Of a DNA stretch of 64,000 nt, positions 1 to 14,500 are shown one piece after another. The first letter of the stretch is position 1. Every line of letters starts with the position of its first letter. Source of the stretch: Auanema rhodensis (taxonomy: Eukaryota; Animalia; Nematoda); assembly GCA_964057225.1 (NCBI GenBank), contig OZ059899.1:21266001-21330000 (forward strand), given 5' to 3'. The translations under genes were made by a program, and so were the position numbers. A model generated the notes under the pieces. The model worked only from the letters and a program-made list of their open reading frames with translations, was not told where the DNA came from and did no database searches.

Positions 1-3000
1 TTTTCACCCTGAAGAATTAATTTTTTCGTTGAATAACATTGTATATCGTCTTTGCCTTGAAAAAAGGAATCTAAAAACATCTACTTTTTGCTAAATTATT
101 TTGAAATTTTTCGAAAAAATTTTTGTCAAAATGTTTTTGGAAGCAATGTTGAGTGTACATGGAAACGCAACATACACTAAGGCATCATTTTTCAAACGAT
201 CATAACTAATTTTTGTATTAAGCGTTTCTCAATGTAGTATAGTGCATTCGATGCGGATTTTTAAGCTGCGTCGATCTGTGTTATCAGATTTGCGCTAGCT
301 TAAAAATGCACCGAGATATCAACTGATATAAGTTCACACTTATATCCTCGATTTTCACCCTGAAGAATTAATTTTTTCGTTGAATAACATTGTCCATCGT
401 CTTTGCCTTGAAAAAAGGAATCTAAAAACATCTACTTTTTGCTAAATTATTTTGAAATTTTTTGAAAAAATTTTTGTCAAAATGTTTTTGGAAGCAATGT
501 TGAGTGTACATGGAAACTCAACATACACTAATGCATCATTTTTCAAACGATCATAACTAATTTTTGTATTAAGCGTTTCTCAATGTAGTATAGTGCATTC
601 GATGCGGATTTTTAAGCTGCGTCGATCTGTGTTATCATATTTGCGCTAGCTTAAAAATGCACCGAGATATCAACTGATATATGTTCACACTTATATCCTC
701 AATTTTCACCCTGAAGAATTAATTTTTTCGTTGAATAACATTGTCCATCGTCTTTGCCTTGAAAAAAGGAATCTAAAAACATCTACTTTTTGCTAAATTA
801 TTTTGAAATTTTTCGAAAAAATTTTTGTCAAAATGTTTTTGGAAGCAATGTTGAGTGTACATGGAAACTCAACGTACACTAATGCATCATTTTTCAAACG
901 ATCATAACTAATTTTTGTATTAAGCGTTTCTCAATGTAGTATAGTGCATTCGATGCGGATTTTTAAGCTGCGTCGATCTGTGTTATCAGATTTGCGCTAG
1001 CTTAAAAATGCACCGAGATATCAACTGATATAAGTTCACACTTATATCCTCGATTTTCACCCTGAAGAATTAATTTTTTCGTTGAATAACATTGTCCATC
1101 GTCTTTGCCTTGAAAAAAGGAATCTAAAAACATCTACTTTTTGCTAAATTATTTTGAAATGTTTTGAAAAAATTTTTGTCAAAATGTTTTTGGAAGCAAT
1201 GTTGAGTGTACATGGAAACTCAACATACACTAATGCATCATTTTTCAAACGATCATAACTAATTTTTGTATTAAGCGTTTCTCAATGTAGTATAGTGCAT
1301 TCGATGCGGATTTTTAAGCTGCGTCGATCTGTGTTATCAGATTTGCGCTAGCTTAAAAATGCACCGAGATATCAACTGATATAAGTTCACACTTATATCC
1401 TCAATTTTCACCCTGAAGAATTAATTTTTTCGTTGAATAACATTGTCCATCGTCTTTGCCTTGAAAAAAGAAATCTAAAAACATCTACTTTTTGCTAAAT
1501 TATTTTGAAATTTTTCGAAAAAATTTTTGTCAAAATGTTTTTGGAAGCAATGTTGAGTGTACATGGAAACTCAACGTACACTAATGCATCATTTTTCAAA
1601 CGATCATAACTAATTTTTGTATTAAGCGTTTCTCAATGTAGTATAGTGCATTCGATGCGGATTTTTAAGCTGCGTCGATCTGTGTTATCAGATTTGCGCT
1701 AGCTTAAAAATGCACCGAGATATCAACTGATATAAGTTCACACTTATATCCTCGATTTTCACCCTGAAGAATTAATTTTTTCGTTGAATAACATTGTCCA
1801 TCGTCTTTGCCTTGAAAAAAGGAATCTAAAAACATCTACTTTTTGCTAAATTATTTTGAAATTTTTTGAAAAAATTTTTGTCAAAATGTTTTTGGAAGCA
1901 ATGTTGAGTGTACATGGAAACTCAACATACACTAATGCATCATTTTTCAAACGATCATAACTAATTTTTGTATTAAGCGTTTCTCAATGTAGTATAGTGC
2001 ATTCGATGCGGATTTTTAAGCTGCGTCGATCTGTGTTATCATATTTGCGCTAGCTTAAAAATGCACCGAGATATCAACTGATATATGTTCACACTTATAT
2101 CCTCAATTTTCACCCTGAAGAATTAATTTTTTCGTTGAATAACATTGTCCATCGTCTTTGCCTTGAAAAAAGGAATCTAAAAACATCTACTTTTTGCTAA
2201 ATTATTTTGAAATTTTTCGAAAAAATTTTTGTCAAAATGTTTTTGGAAGCAATGTTGAGTGTACATGGAAACTCAACGTACACTAATGCATCATTTTTCA
2301 AACGATCATAACTAATTTTTGTATTAAGCGTTTCTCAATGTAGTATAGTGCATTCGATGCGGATTTTTAAGCTGCGTCGATCTGTGTTATCAGATTTGCG
2401 CTAGCTTAAAAATGCACCGAGATATCAACTGATATAAGTTCACACTTATATCCTCGATTTTCACCCTGAAGAATTAATTTTTTCGTTGAATAACATTGTC
2501 CATCGTCTTTGCCTTGAAAAAAGGAATCTAAAAACATCTACTTTTTGCTAAATTATTTTGAAATGTTTTGAAAAAATTTTTGTCAAAATGTTTTTGGAAG
2601 CAATGTTGAGTGTACATGGAAACTCAACATACACTAATGCATCATTTTTCAAACGATCATAACTAATTTTTGTATTAAGCGTTTCTCAATGTAGTATAGT
2701 GCATTCGATGCGGATTTTTAAGCTGCGTCGATCTGTGTTATCAGATTTGCGCTAGCTTAAAAATGCACCGAGATATCAACTGATATAAGTTCACACTTAT
2801 ATCCTCGATTTTCACCCTGAAGAATTAATTTTTTCGTTGAATAACATTGTCCATCGTCTTTGCCTTGAAAAAAGGAATCTAAAAACATCTACTTTTTGCT
2901 AAATTATTCTGAAATTTTTTGAAAAAATTTTTGTCAAAATGTTTTTGGAAGCAATGTTGAGTGTACATGAAAACTCAACATACACTAATGCATCATTTTT

Positions 3001-6000
3001 CAAACGATCATAACTAATTTTTGTATTAAGCGTTTCTCAATGTAGTATAGTGCATTCGATGCGGATTTTTAAGCTGCGTCGATCTGTGTTATCATATTTG
3101 CGCTAGCTTAAAAATGCACCGAGATATCAACTGATATATGTTCACACTTATATCCTCAATTTTCACCCTGAAGAATTAATTTTTTCGTTGAATAACATTG
3201 TCCATCGTCTTTGCCTTGAAAAAAGGAATCTAAAAACATCTACTTTTTGCTAAATTATTTTGAAATTTTTCGAAAAAATTTTTGTCAAAATGTTTTTGGA
3301 AGCAATGTTGAGTGTACATGGAAACTCAACGTACACTAATGCATCATTTTTCAAACGATCATAACTAATTTTTGTATTAAGCGTTTCTCAATGTAGTATA
3401 GTGCATTCGATGCGGATTTTTAAGCTGCGTCGATCTGTGTTATCAGATTTGCGCTAGCTTAAAAATGCACCGAGATATCAACTGATATAAGTTCACACTT
3501 ATATCCTCGATTTTCACCCTGAAGAATTAATTTTTTCGTTGAATAACATTGTCCATCGTCTTTGCCTTGAAAAAAGGAATCTAAAAACATCTACTTTTTG
3601 CTAAATTATTTTGAAATGTTTTGAAAAAATTTTTGTCAAAATGTTTTTGGAAGCAATGTTGAGTGTACATGGAAACTCAACATACACTAATGCATCATTT
3701 TTCAAACGATCATAACTAATTTTTGTATTAAGCGTTTCTCAATGTAGTATAGTGCATTCGATGCGGATTTTTAAGCTGCGTCGATCTGTGTTATCAGATT
3801 TGCGCTAGCTTAAAAATGCACCGAGATATCAACTGATATAAGTTCACACTTATATCCTCGATTTTCACCCTGAAGAATTAATTTTTTCGTTGAATAACAT
3901 TGTCCATCGTCTTTGCCTTGAAAAAAGGAATCTAAAAACATCTACTTTTTGCTAAATTATTCTGAAATTTTTTGAAAAAATTTTTGTCAAAATGTTTTTG
4001 GAAGCAATGTTGAGTGTACATGAAAACTCAACATACACTAATGCATCATTTTTCAAACGATCATAACTAATTTTTGTATTAAGCGTTTCTCAATGTAGTA
4101 TAGTGCATTCGATGCGGATTTTTAAGCTGCGTCGATCTGTGTTATCATATTTGCGCTAGCTTAAAAATGCACCGAGATATCAACTGATATAAGTTCACAC
4201 TTATATCCTCAATTTTCACCCTGAAGAATTAATTTTTTCGTTGAATAACATTGTCCATCGTCTTTGCCTTGAAAAAAGGAATCTAAAAACATCTACTTTT
4301 TGCTAAATTATTTTGAAATTTTTCGAAAAAATTTTTGTCAAAATGTTTTTGGAAGCAATGTTGAGTGTACATGGAAACTCAACATACACTAAGGCATCAT
4401 TTTTCAAACGATCATAACTAATTTTTGTATTAAGCGTTTCTCAATGTAGTATAGTACATTCGATGCGGATTTTCAAGCTGCGTCGATCTGTGTTATCAGA
4501 TTTGCGCTAGCTTAAAAATGCACCGAGATATCAACTGATATAAGTTCACACTTATATCCTCGATTTTCACCCTGAAGAATTAATTTTTTCGTTGAATAAC
4601 ATTGTCCATCGTCTTTGCCTTGAAAAAAGGAATCTAAAAACATCTACTTTTTGCTAAATTATTTTGAAATTTTTCGAAAAAATGTTTGTCAAAATGTTTT
4701 TGGAAGCAATGTTGAGTGTACATGGAAACGCAACATACACTAATGCATCATTTTTCAAACGATCATAACTAATTTTTGTATTAAGCGTTTCTTAATGTAG
4801 TATAGTGCATTCGATGCGGATTTTTAAGCTGCGTCGATCTGTGTTATCAGATTTGCGCTAGCTTAAAAATGCACCGAGATATCAACTGATATAAGTTCAC
4901 ACTTATATCCTCGATTTTCACCCTGAAGAATTAATTTTTTCGTTGAATAACATTGTCCATCGTCTTTGCCTTGAAAAAAGGAATCTAAAAACATCTACTT
5001 TTCGCTAAATTATTTTGAAATTTTTTGAAAAAATTTTTGTCAAAATGTTTTTGGAAGCAATGTTGAGTGTACATGGAAACTCAACATACACTAATGCATC
5101 ATTTTTCAAACGATCATAACTAATTTTTGTATTAAGCGTTTCTCAATGTAGTATAGTGCATTCGATGCGGATTTTTAAGCTGCGTCGATCTGTGTTATCA
5201 TATTTGCGCTAGCTTAAAAATGCACCGAGATATCAACTGATATAAGTTCACACTTATATCCTCGATTTTCACCCTGAAGAATTAATTTTTTCGTTGAATA
5301 ACATTGTCCATCGTCTTTGCCTTGAAAAAAGGAATCTAAAAACATCTACTTTTTGCTAAATTATTTTGAAATGTTTTGAAAAAATTTTTGTCAAAATGTT
5401 TTTGGAAGCAATGTTGAGTGTACATGGAAACTCAACATACACTAAGGCATCATTTTTCAAACGATCATAACTAATTTTTGTATTAAGCGTTTCTCAATGT
5501 AGTATAGTACATTCGATGCGGATTTTCAAGCTGCGTCGATCTGTGTTATCAGATTTGCGCTAGCTTAAAAATGCACCGAGATATCAACTGATATAAGTTC
5601 ACACTTATATCCTCGATTTTCACCCTGAAGAATTAATTTTTTCGTTGAATAACATTGTCCATCGTCTTTGCCTTGAAAAAAGGAATCTAAAAACATCTAC
5701 TTTTTGCTAAATTATTTTGAAATTTTTTGAAAAAATGTTTGTCAAAATGTTTTTGGAAGCAATGTTGAGTGTACATGGAAACGCAACATACACTAATGCA
5801 TCATTTTTCAAACGATCATAACTAATTTTTGTATTAAGCGTTTCTTAATGTAGTATAGTGCATTCGATGCGGATTTTTAAGCTGCGTCGATCTGTGTTAT
5901 CAGATTTGCGCTAGCTTAAAAATGCACCGAGATATCAACTGATATAAGTTCACACTTATATCCTCGATTTTCACCCTGAAGAATTAATTTTTTCGTTGAA

Positions 6001-9000
6001 TAACATTGTCCATCGTCTTTGCCTTGAAAAAAGGAATCTAAAAACATCTACTTTTCGCTAAATTATTTTGAAATTTTTTGAAAAAATTTTTGTCAAAATG
6101 TTTTTGGAAGCAATGTTGAGTGTACATGGAAACTCAACATACACTAATGCATCATTTTTCAAACGATCATAACTAATTTTTGTATTAAGCGTTTCTCAAT
6201 GTAGTATAGTGCATTCGATGCGGATTTTTAAGCTGCGTCGATCTGTGTTATCATATTTGCGCTAGCTTAAAAATGCACCGAGATATCAACTGATATAAGT
6301 TCACACTTATATCCTCGATTTTCACCCTGAAGAATTAATTTTTTCGTTGAATAACATTGTCCATCGTCTTTGCCTTGAAAAAAGGAATCTAAAAACATCT
6401 ACTTTTTGCTAAATTATTTTGAAATGTTTTGAAAAAATTTTTGTCAAAATGTTTTTGGAAGCAATGTTGAGTGTACATGGAAACTCAACATACACTAATG
6501 CATCATTTTTCAAACGATCATAACTAATTTTTGTATTAAGCGTTTCTCAATGTAGTATAGTGCATTCGATGCGGATTTTTAAGCTGCGTCGATCTGTGTT
6601 ATCAGATTTGCGCTAGCTTAAAAATGCACCGAGATATCAACTGATATAAGTTCACACTTATATCCTCGATTTTCACCCTGAAGAATTAATTTTTTCGTTG
6701 AATAACATTGTCCATCGTCTTTGCCTTGAAAAAAGGAATCTAAAAACATCTACTTTTTGCTAAATTATTCTGAAATTTTTTGAAAAAATTTTTGTCAAAA
6801 TGTTTTTGGAAGCAATGTTGAGTGTACATGAAAACTCAACATACACTAATGCATCATTTTTCAAACGATCATAACTAATTTTTGTATTAAGCGTTTCTCA
6901 ATGTAGTATAGTGCATTCGATGCGGATTTTTAAGCTGCGTCGATCTGTGTTATCATATTTGCGCTAGCTTAAAAATGCACCGAGATATCAACTGATATAA
7001 GTTCACACTTATATCCTCAATTTTCACCCTGAAGAATTAATTTTTTCGTTGAATAACATTGTCCATCGTCTTTGCCTTGAAAAAAGGAATCTAAAAACAT
7101 CTACTTTTTGCTAAATTATTTTGAAATTTTTCGAAAAAATTTTTGTCAAAATGTTTTTGGAAGCAATGTTGAGTGTACATGGAAACTCAACATACACTAA
7201 GGCATCATTTTTCAAACGATCATAACTAATTTTTGTATTAAGCGTTTCTCAATGTAGTATAGTACATTCGATGCGGATTTTCAAGCTGCGTCGATCTGTG
7301 TTATCAGATTTGCGCTAGCTTAAAAATGCACCGAGATATCAACTGATATAAGTTCACACTTATATCCTCGATTTTCACCCTGAAGAATTAATTTTTTCGT
7401 TGAATAACATTGTCCATCGTCTTTGCCTTGAAAAAAGGAATCTAAAAACATCTAATTTTTGCTAAATTATTTTGAAATTTTTCGAAAAAATTTTTGTCAA
7501 AATGTTTTTGGAAGCAATGTTGAGTGTACATGGAAAAGCAACATACACTAATGCATCATTTTTCAAACGATCATAACTAATTTTTGTATTAAGCGTTTCT
7601 CAATGTAGTATAGTGCATTCGATGCGGATTTTTAAGCTGCGTCGATCTGTGTTATCAGATTTGCGCTAGCTTAAAAATGCACCGAGATATCAACTGATAT
7701 AAGTTCACACTTATATCCTCGATTTTCACCCTGAAGAATTAATTTTTTCGTTGAATAACATTGTCCATCGTCTTTGCCTTGAAAAAAGGAATCTAAAAAC
7801 ATCTACTTTTTGCTAAATTATTCTGAAATTTTTCGAAAAAATTTTTGTCAAAATGTTTTTGGAAGCAATGTTGAGTGTACATGAAAACTCAACATACACT
7901 AATGCATCATTTTTCAAACGATCATAACTAATTTTTGTATTAAGCGTTTCTCAATGTAGTATAGTGCATTCGATGCGGATTTTTAAGCTGCGTCGATCTG
8001 TGTTATCATATTTGCGCTAGCTTAAAAATGCACCGAGATATCAACTGATATAAGTTCACACTTATATCCTCAATTTTCACCCTGAAGAATTAATTTTTTC
8101 GTTGAATAACATTGTCCATCGTCTTTGCCTTGAAAAAAGGAATCTAAAAACATCTACTTTTTGCTAAATTATTTTGAAATTTTTCGAAAAAATTTTTGTC
8201 AAAATGTTTTTGGAAGCAATGTTGAGTGTACATGGAAACTCAACATACACTAAGGCATCATTTTTCAAACGATCATAACTAATTTTTGTATTAAGCGTTT
8301 CTCAATGTAGTATAGTACATTCGATGCGGATTTTCAAGCTGCGTCGATCTGTGTTATCAGATTTGCGCTAGCTTAAAAATGCACCGAGATATCAACTGAT
8401 ATAAGTTCACACTTATATCCTCGATTTTCACCCTGAAGAATTAATTTTTTCGTTGAATAACATTGTCCATCGTCTTTGCCTTGAAAAAAGGAATCTAAAA
8501 ACATCTACTTTTTGCTAAATTATTTTGAAATTTTTCGAAAAAATTTTTGTCAAAATGTTTTTGGAAGCAATGTTGAGTGTACATGGAAACGCAACATACA
8601 CTAATACATCATTTTTCAAACGATCATAACTAATTTTTGTATTAAGCGTTTCTCAATGTAGTATAGTGCATTCGATGCGGATTTTTAAGCTGCGTCGATC
8701 TGTGTTATCAGATTTGCGCTAGCTTAAAAATGCACCGAGATATCAACTGATATAAGTTCACACTTATATCCTCGATTTTCACCCTGAAGAATTAATTTTT
8801 TCGTTGAATAACATTGTCCATCGTCTTTGCCTTGAAAAAAGGAATCTAAAAACATCTACTTTTCGCTAAATTATTTTGAAATTTTTTGAAAAAATTTTTG
8901 TCAAAATGTTTTTGGAAGCAATGTTGAGTGTACATGGAAACTCAACATACACTAATGCATCATTTTTCAAACGATCATAACTAATTTTTGTATTAAGCGT

Positions 9001-11583
9001 TTCTCAATGTAGTATAGTGCATTCGATGCGAATTTTTAAGCTGCGTCGATCTGTGTTATCATATTTGCGCTAGCTTAAAAATGCACCGAGATATCAACTG
9101 ATATAAGTTCACACTTATATCCTCAATTTTCACCCTGAAGAATTAATTTTTTCGTTGAATAACATTGTCCATCGTCTTTGCCTTAAAAAAAGGAATCTAA
9201 AAACATCTACTTTTTGCTAAATTATTTTGAAATTTTTCGAAAAAATTTTTGTCAAAATGTTTTTGGAAGCAATGTTGAGTGTACATGGAAACTCAACGTA
9301 CACTAATGCATCATTTTTCAAACGATCATAATTAATTTTTGTATTAAGCGTTTCTCAATGTAGTATAGTGCATTCGATGCGGATTTTTAAGCTGCGTCGA
9401 TCTGTGTTATCAGATTTGCGCTAGCTTAAAAATGCACCGAGATATCAACTGATATAAGTTCACACTTATATCCTCGATTTTCACCCTGAAGAATTAATTT
9501 TTTCGTTGAATAACATTGTCCATCGTCTTTGCCTTAAAAAAAGGAATCTAAAAACATCTACTTTTTGCTAAATTATTCTGAAATTTTTTGAAAAAATTTT
9601 TGTCAAAATGTTTTTGGAAGCAATGTTGAGTGTACATGAAAACTCAACATACACTAATGCATCATTTTTCAAACGATCATAACTAATTTTTGTATTAAGC
9701 GTTTCTCAATGTAGTATAGTGCATTCGATGCGGATTTTTAAGCTGCGTCGATCTGTGTTATCATATTTGCGCTAGCTTAAAAATGCACCGAGATATCAAC
9801 TGATATAAGTTCACACTTATATCCTCAATTTTCACCCTGAAGAATTAATTTTTTCGTTGAATAACATTGTCCATCGTCTTTGCCTTGAAAAAAGGAATCT
9901 AAAAACATCTACTTTTTGCTAAATTATTTTGAAATTTTTCGAAAAAATTTTTGTCAAAATGTTTTTGGAAGCAATGTTGAGTGTACATGGAAACTCAACA
10001 TACACTAAGGCATCATTTTTCAAACGATCATAACTAATTTTTGTATTAAGCGTTTCTCAATGTAGTATAGTACATTCGATGCGGATTTTCAAGCTGCGTC
10101 GATCTGTGTTATCAGATTTGCGCTAGCTTAAAAATGCACCGAGATATCAACTGATATAAGTTCACACTTATATCCTCGATTTTCACCCTGAAGAATTAAT
10201 TTTTTTGTTGAATAACATTGTCCATCGTCTTTGCCTTGAAAAAAGGAATCTAAAAACATCTACTTTTTGCTAAATTATTTTGAAATTTTTCGAAAAAATT
10301 TTTGTCAAAATGTTTTTGGAAGCAATGTTGAGTGTACATGGAAACGCAACATACACTAATGCATCATTTTTCAAACGATCATAACTAATTTTTGTATTAA
10401 GCGTTTCTCAATGTAGTATAGTGCATTCGATGCGGATTTTTAAGCTGCGTCGATCTGTGTTATCAGATTTGCGCTAGCTTAAAAATGCACCGAGATATCA
10501 ACTGATATAAGTTCACACTTATATCCTCGATTTTCACCCTGAAGAATTAATTTTTTCGTTGAATAACATTGTCCATCGTCTTTGCCTTGAAAAAAGAAAT
10601 CTAAAAACATCTACTTTTTGCTAAATTATTCTGAAATTTTTTGAAAAAATTTTTGTCAAAATGTTTTTGGAAGCAATGTTGAGTGTACATGAAAACTCAA
10701 CATACACTAATGCATCATTTTTCAAACGATCATAACTTATTTTTGTATTAAGCGTTTCTCAATGTAGTATAGTGCATTCGATGCGGATTTTTAAGCTGCG
10801 TCGATCTGTGTTATCATATTTGCGCTAGCTTAAAAATGCACCGAGATATCAACTGATATAAGTTCACACTTATATCCTCAATTTTCACCCTGAAGAATTA
10901 ATTTTTTCGTTGAATAACATTGTCCATCGTCTTTGCCTTGAAAAAAGGAATCTAAAAACATCTACTTTTTGCTAAATTATTTTGAAATTTTTCGAAAAAA
11001 TTTTTGTCAAAATGTTTTTGGAAGCAATGTTGAGTGTACATGGAAACTCAACATACACTAAGGCATCATTTTTCAAACGATCATAACTAATTTTTGTATT
11101 AAGCGTTTCTCAATGTAGTATAGTACATTCGATGCGGATTTTCAAGCTGCGTCGATCTGTGTTATCAGATTTGCGCTAGCTTAAAAATGCACCGAGATAT
11201 CAACTGATATAAGTTCACACTTATATCCTCGATTTTCACCCTGAAGAATTAATTTTTTCGTTGAATAACATTGTCCATCGTCTTTGCCTTGAAAAAAGGA
11301 ATCTAAAAACATCTACTTTTTGCTAAATTATTTTGAAATTTTTCGAAAAAATTTTTGTCAAAATGTTTTTGGAAGCAATGTTGAATGTACATGGAAACGC
11401 AACATACACTAATGCATCATTTTTCAAACGATCATAACTAATTTTTGTATTAAGCGTTTCTCAATGTGGTATAGTGCATTCGATGCGGATTTTTAAGCTG
11501 CGTCGATCTGTGTTATCAGATTTGCGCTAGCTTAAAAATGCACCGAGATATCAACTGATATAAGTTCACACTTATATCCTCGA

Positions 11584-14500
11584 TTTTCACCCTGAAGAAT
11601 TAATTTTTTCGTTGAATAACATTGTCCATCGTCTTTGCCTTGAAAAAAGGAATCTAAAAACATCTACTTTTCGCTAAATTATTCTGAAATTTTTTGAAAA
11701 AATTTTTGTCAAAATGTTTTTGGAAGCAATGTTGAGTGTACATGGAAACTCAACATACACTAATGCATCATTTTTCAAACGATCATAACTAATTTTTGTA
11801 TAAAGCGTTTCTCAATGTAGTATAGTGCATTCGATGCGGATTTTTAAGCTGCGTCGATCTGTGTTATCATATTTGCGCTAGCTTAAAAATGCACCGAGAT
11901 ATCAACTGATATAAGTTCACACTTATATCCTCAATTTTCACCCTGAAGAATTAATTTTTTCGTTGAATAACATTGTCCATCGTCTTTGCCTTGAAAAAAG
12001 GAATCTAAAAACATCTACTTTTTGCTAAATTATTTTGAAATTTTTCGAAAAAATTTTTGTCAAAATGTTTTTGGAAGCAATGTTGAGTGTACATGGAAAC
12101 TCAACGTACACTAATGCATCATTTTTCAAACGATCATAACTAATTTTTGTATTAAGCGTTTCTCAATGTAGTATAGTGCATTCGATGCGGATTTTTAAGC
12201 TGCGTCGATCTGTGTTATCAGATTTGCGCTAGCTTAAAAATGCACCGAGATATCAACTGATATAAGTTCACACTTATATCCTCGATTTTCACCCTGAAGA
12301 ATTAATTTTTTCGTTGAATAACATTGTCCATCGTCTTTGCCTTGAAAAAAGGAATCTAAAAACATCTACTTTTCGCTAAATTATTTTGAAATTTTTTGAA
12401 AAAATTTTTGTCAAAATGTTTTTGGAAGCAATGTTGAGTGTACATGGAAACTCAACATACACTAATGCATCATTTTTCAAACGATCATAACTAATTTTTG
12501 TATTAAGCGTTTCTCAATGTAGTATAGTGCATTCGATGCGGATTTTTAAGCTGCGTCGATCTGTGTTATCATATTTGCGCTAGCTTAAAAATGCACCGAG
12601 ATATCAACTGATATAAGTTCACACTTATATCCTCAATTTTCACCCTGAAGAATTAATTTTTTCGTTGAATAACATCGTCCATCGTCTTTGCCTTGAAAAA
12701 AGGAATCTAAAAACATCTACTTTTTGCTAAATTATTTTGAAATTTTTCGAAAAAATTTTTGTCAAAATGTTTTTGGAAGCAATGTTGAGTGTACATGGAA
12801 ACTCAACGTACACTAATGCATCATTTTTCAAACGATCATAACTAATTTTTGTATTAAGCGTTTCTCAATGTAGTATAGTGCATTCGATGCGGATTTTTAA
12901 GCTGCGTCGATCTGTGTTATCAGATTTGCGCTAGCTTAAAAATGCACCGAGATATCAACTGATATAAGTTCACACTTATATCCTCGATTTTCACCCTGAA
13001 GAATTAATTTTTTCGTTGAATAACATTGTCCATCGTCTTTGCCTTGAAAAAAGGAATCTAAAAACATCTACTTTTTGCTAAATTATTTTGAAATTTTTCG
13101 AAAAAATTTTTGTCAAAATGTTTTTGGAAGCAATGTTGAGTGTACATGGAAACGCAACATACACTAAGGCATCATTTTTCAAACGATCATAACTAATTTT
13201 TGTATTAAGCGTTTCTCAATGTAGTATAGTGCATTCGATGCGGATTTTTAAGCTGCGTCGATCTGTGTTATCAGATTTGCGCTAGCTTAAAAATGCACCG
13301 AGATATCAACTGATATAAGTTCACACTTATATCCTCGATTTTCACCCTGAAGAATTAATTTTTTCGTTGAATAACATTGTCCATCGTCTTTGCCTTGAAA
13401 AAAGGAATCTAAAAACATCTACTTTTTGCTAAATTATTTTGAAATTTTTTGAAAAAATTTTTGTCAAAATGTTTTTGGAAGCAATGTTGAGTGTACATGG
13501 AAACTCAACATACACTAATGCATCATTTTTCAAACGATCATAACTAATTTTTGTATTAAGCGTTTCTCAATGTAGTATAGTGCATTCGATGCGGATTTTT
13601 AAGCTGCGTCGATCTGTGTTATCATATTTGCGCTAGCTTAAAAATGCACCGAGATATCAACTGATATATGTTCACACTTATATCCTCAATTTTCACCCTG
13701 AAGAATTAATTTTTTCGTTGAATAACATTGTCCATCGTCTTTGCCTTGAAAAAAGGAATCTAAAAACATCTACTTTTTGCTAAATTATTTTGAAATTTTT
13801 CGAAAAAATTTTTGTCAAAATGTTTTTGGAAGCAATGTTGAGTGTACATGGAAACTCAACGTACACTAATGCATCATTTTTCAAACGATCATAACTAATT
13901 TTTGTATTAAGCGTTTCTCAATGTAGTATAGTGCATTCGATGCGGATTTTTAAGCTGCGTCGATCTGTGTTATCAGATTTGCGCTAGCTTAAAAATGCAC
14001 CGAGATATCAACTGATATAAGTTCACACTTATATCCTCGATTTTCACCCTGAAGAATTAATTTTTTCGTTGAATAACATTGTCCATCGTCTTTGCCTTGA
14101 AAAAAGGAATCTAAAAACATCTACTTTTTGCTAAATTATTTTGAAATGTTTTGAAAAAATTTTTGTCAAAATGTTTTTGGAAGCAATGTTGAGTGTACAT
14201 GGAAACTCAACATACACTAATGCATCATTTTTCAAACGATCATAACTAATTTTTGTATTAAGCGTTTCTCAATGTAGTATAGTGCATTCGATGCGGATTT
14301 TTAAGCTGCGTCGATCTGTGTTATCAGATTTGCGCTAGCTTAAAAATGCACCGAGATATCAACTGATATAAGTTCACACTTATATCCTCGATTTTCACCC
14401 TGAAGAATTAATTTTTTCGTTGAATAACATTGTCCATCGTCTTTGCCTTGAGAAAAGGAATCTAAAAACATCTACTTTTTGCTAAATTATTCTGAAATTT

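Noticed and set aside
1-70. Possible hammerhead ribozyme in the satellite (CTGAAGA fits CUGANGA; such ribozymes are known in newt, schistosome and cricket satellites)
   Set aside because: No convincing stem II followed by GAAA (the nearest is GAAT) and no stems I or III. An Infernal search with Rfam hammerhead models would settle it.
1-351. Monomer as 5S rRNA, SL RNA or tRNA repeat, a named satellite (Drosophila 359-bp, Brugia HhaI), or an ancient dimer of about 175 bp
   Set aside because: I see no recognisable RNA gene motifs or alignable identity to those satellites. The half-to-half similarity (TTTTCA...TAATTTTT at offset about 188) is too weak to call in AT-rich DNA.
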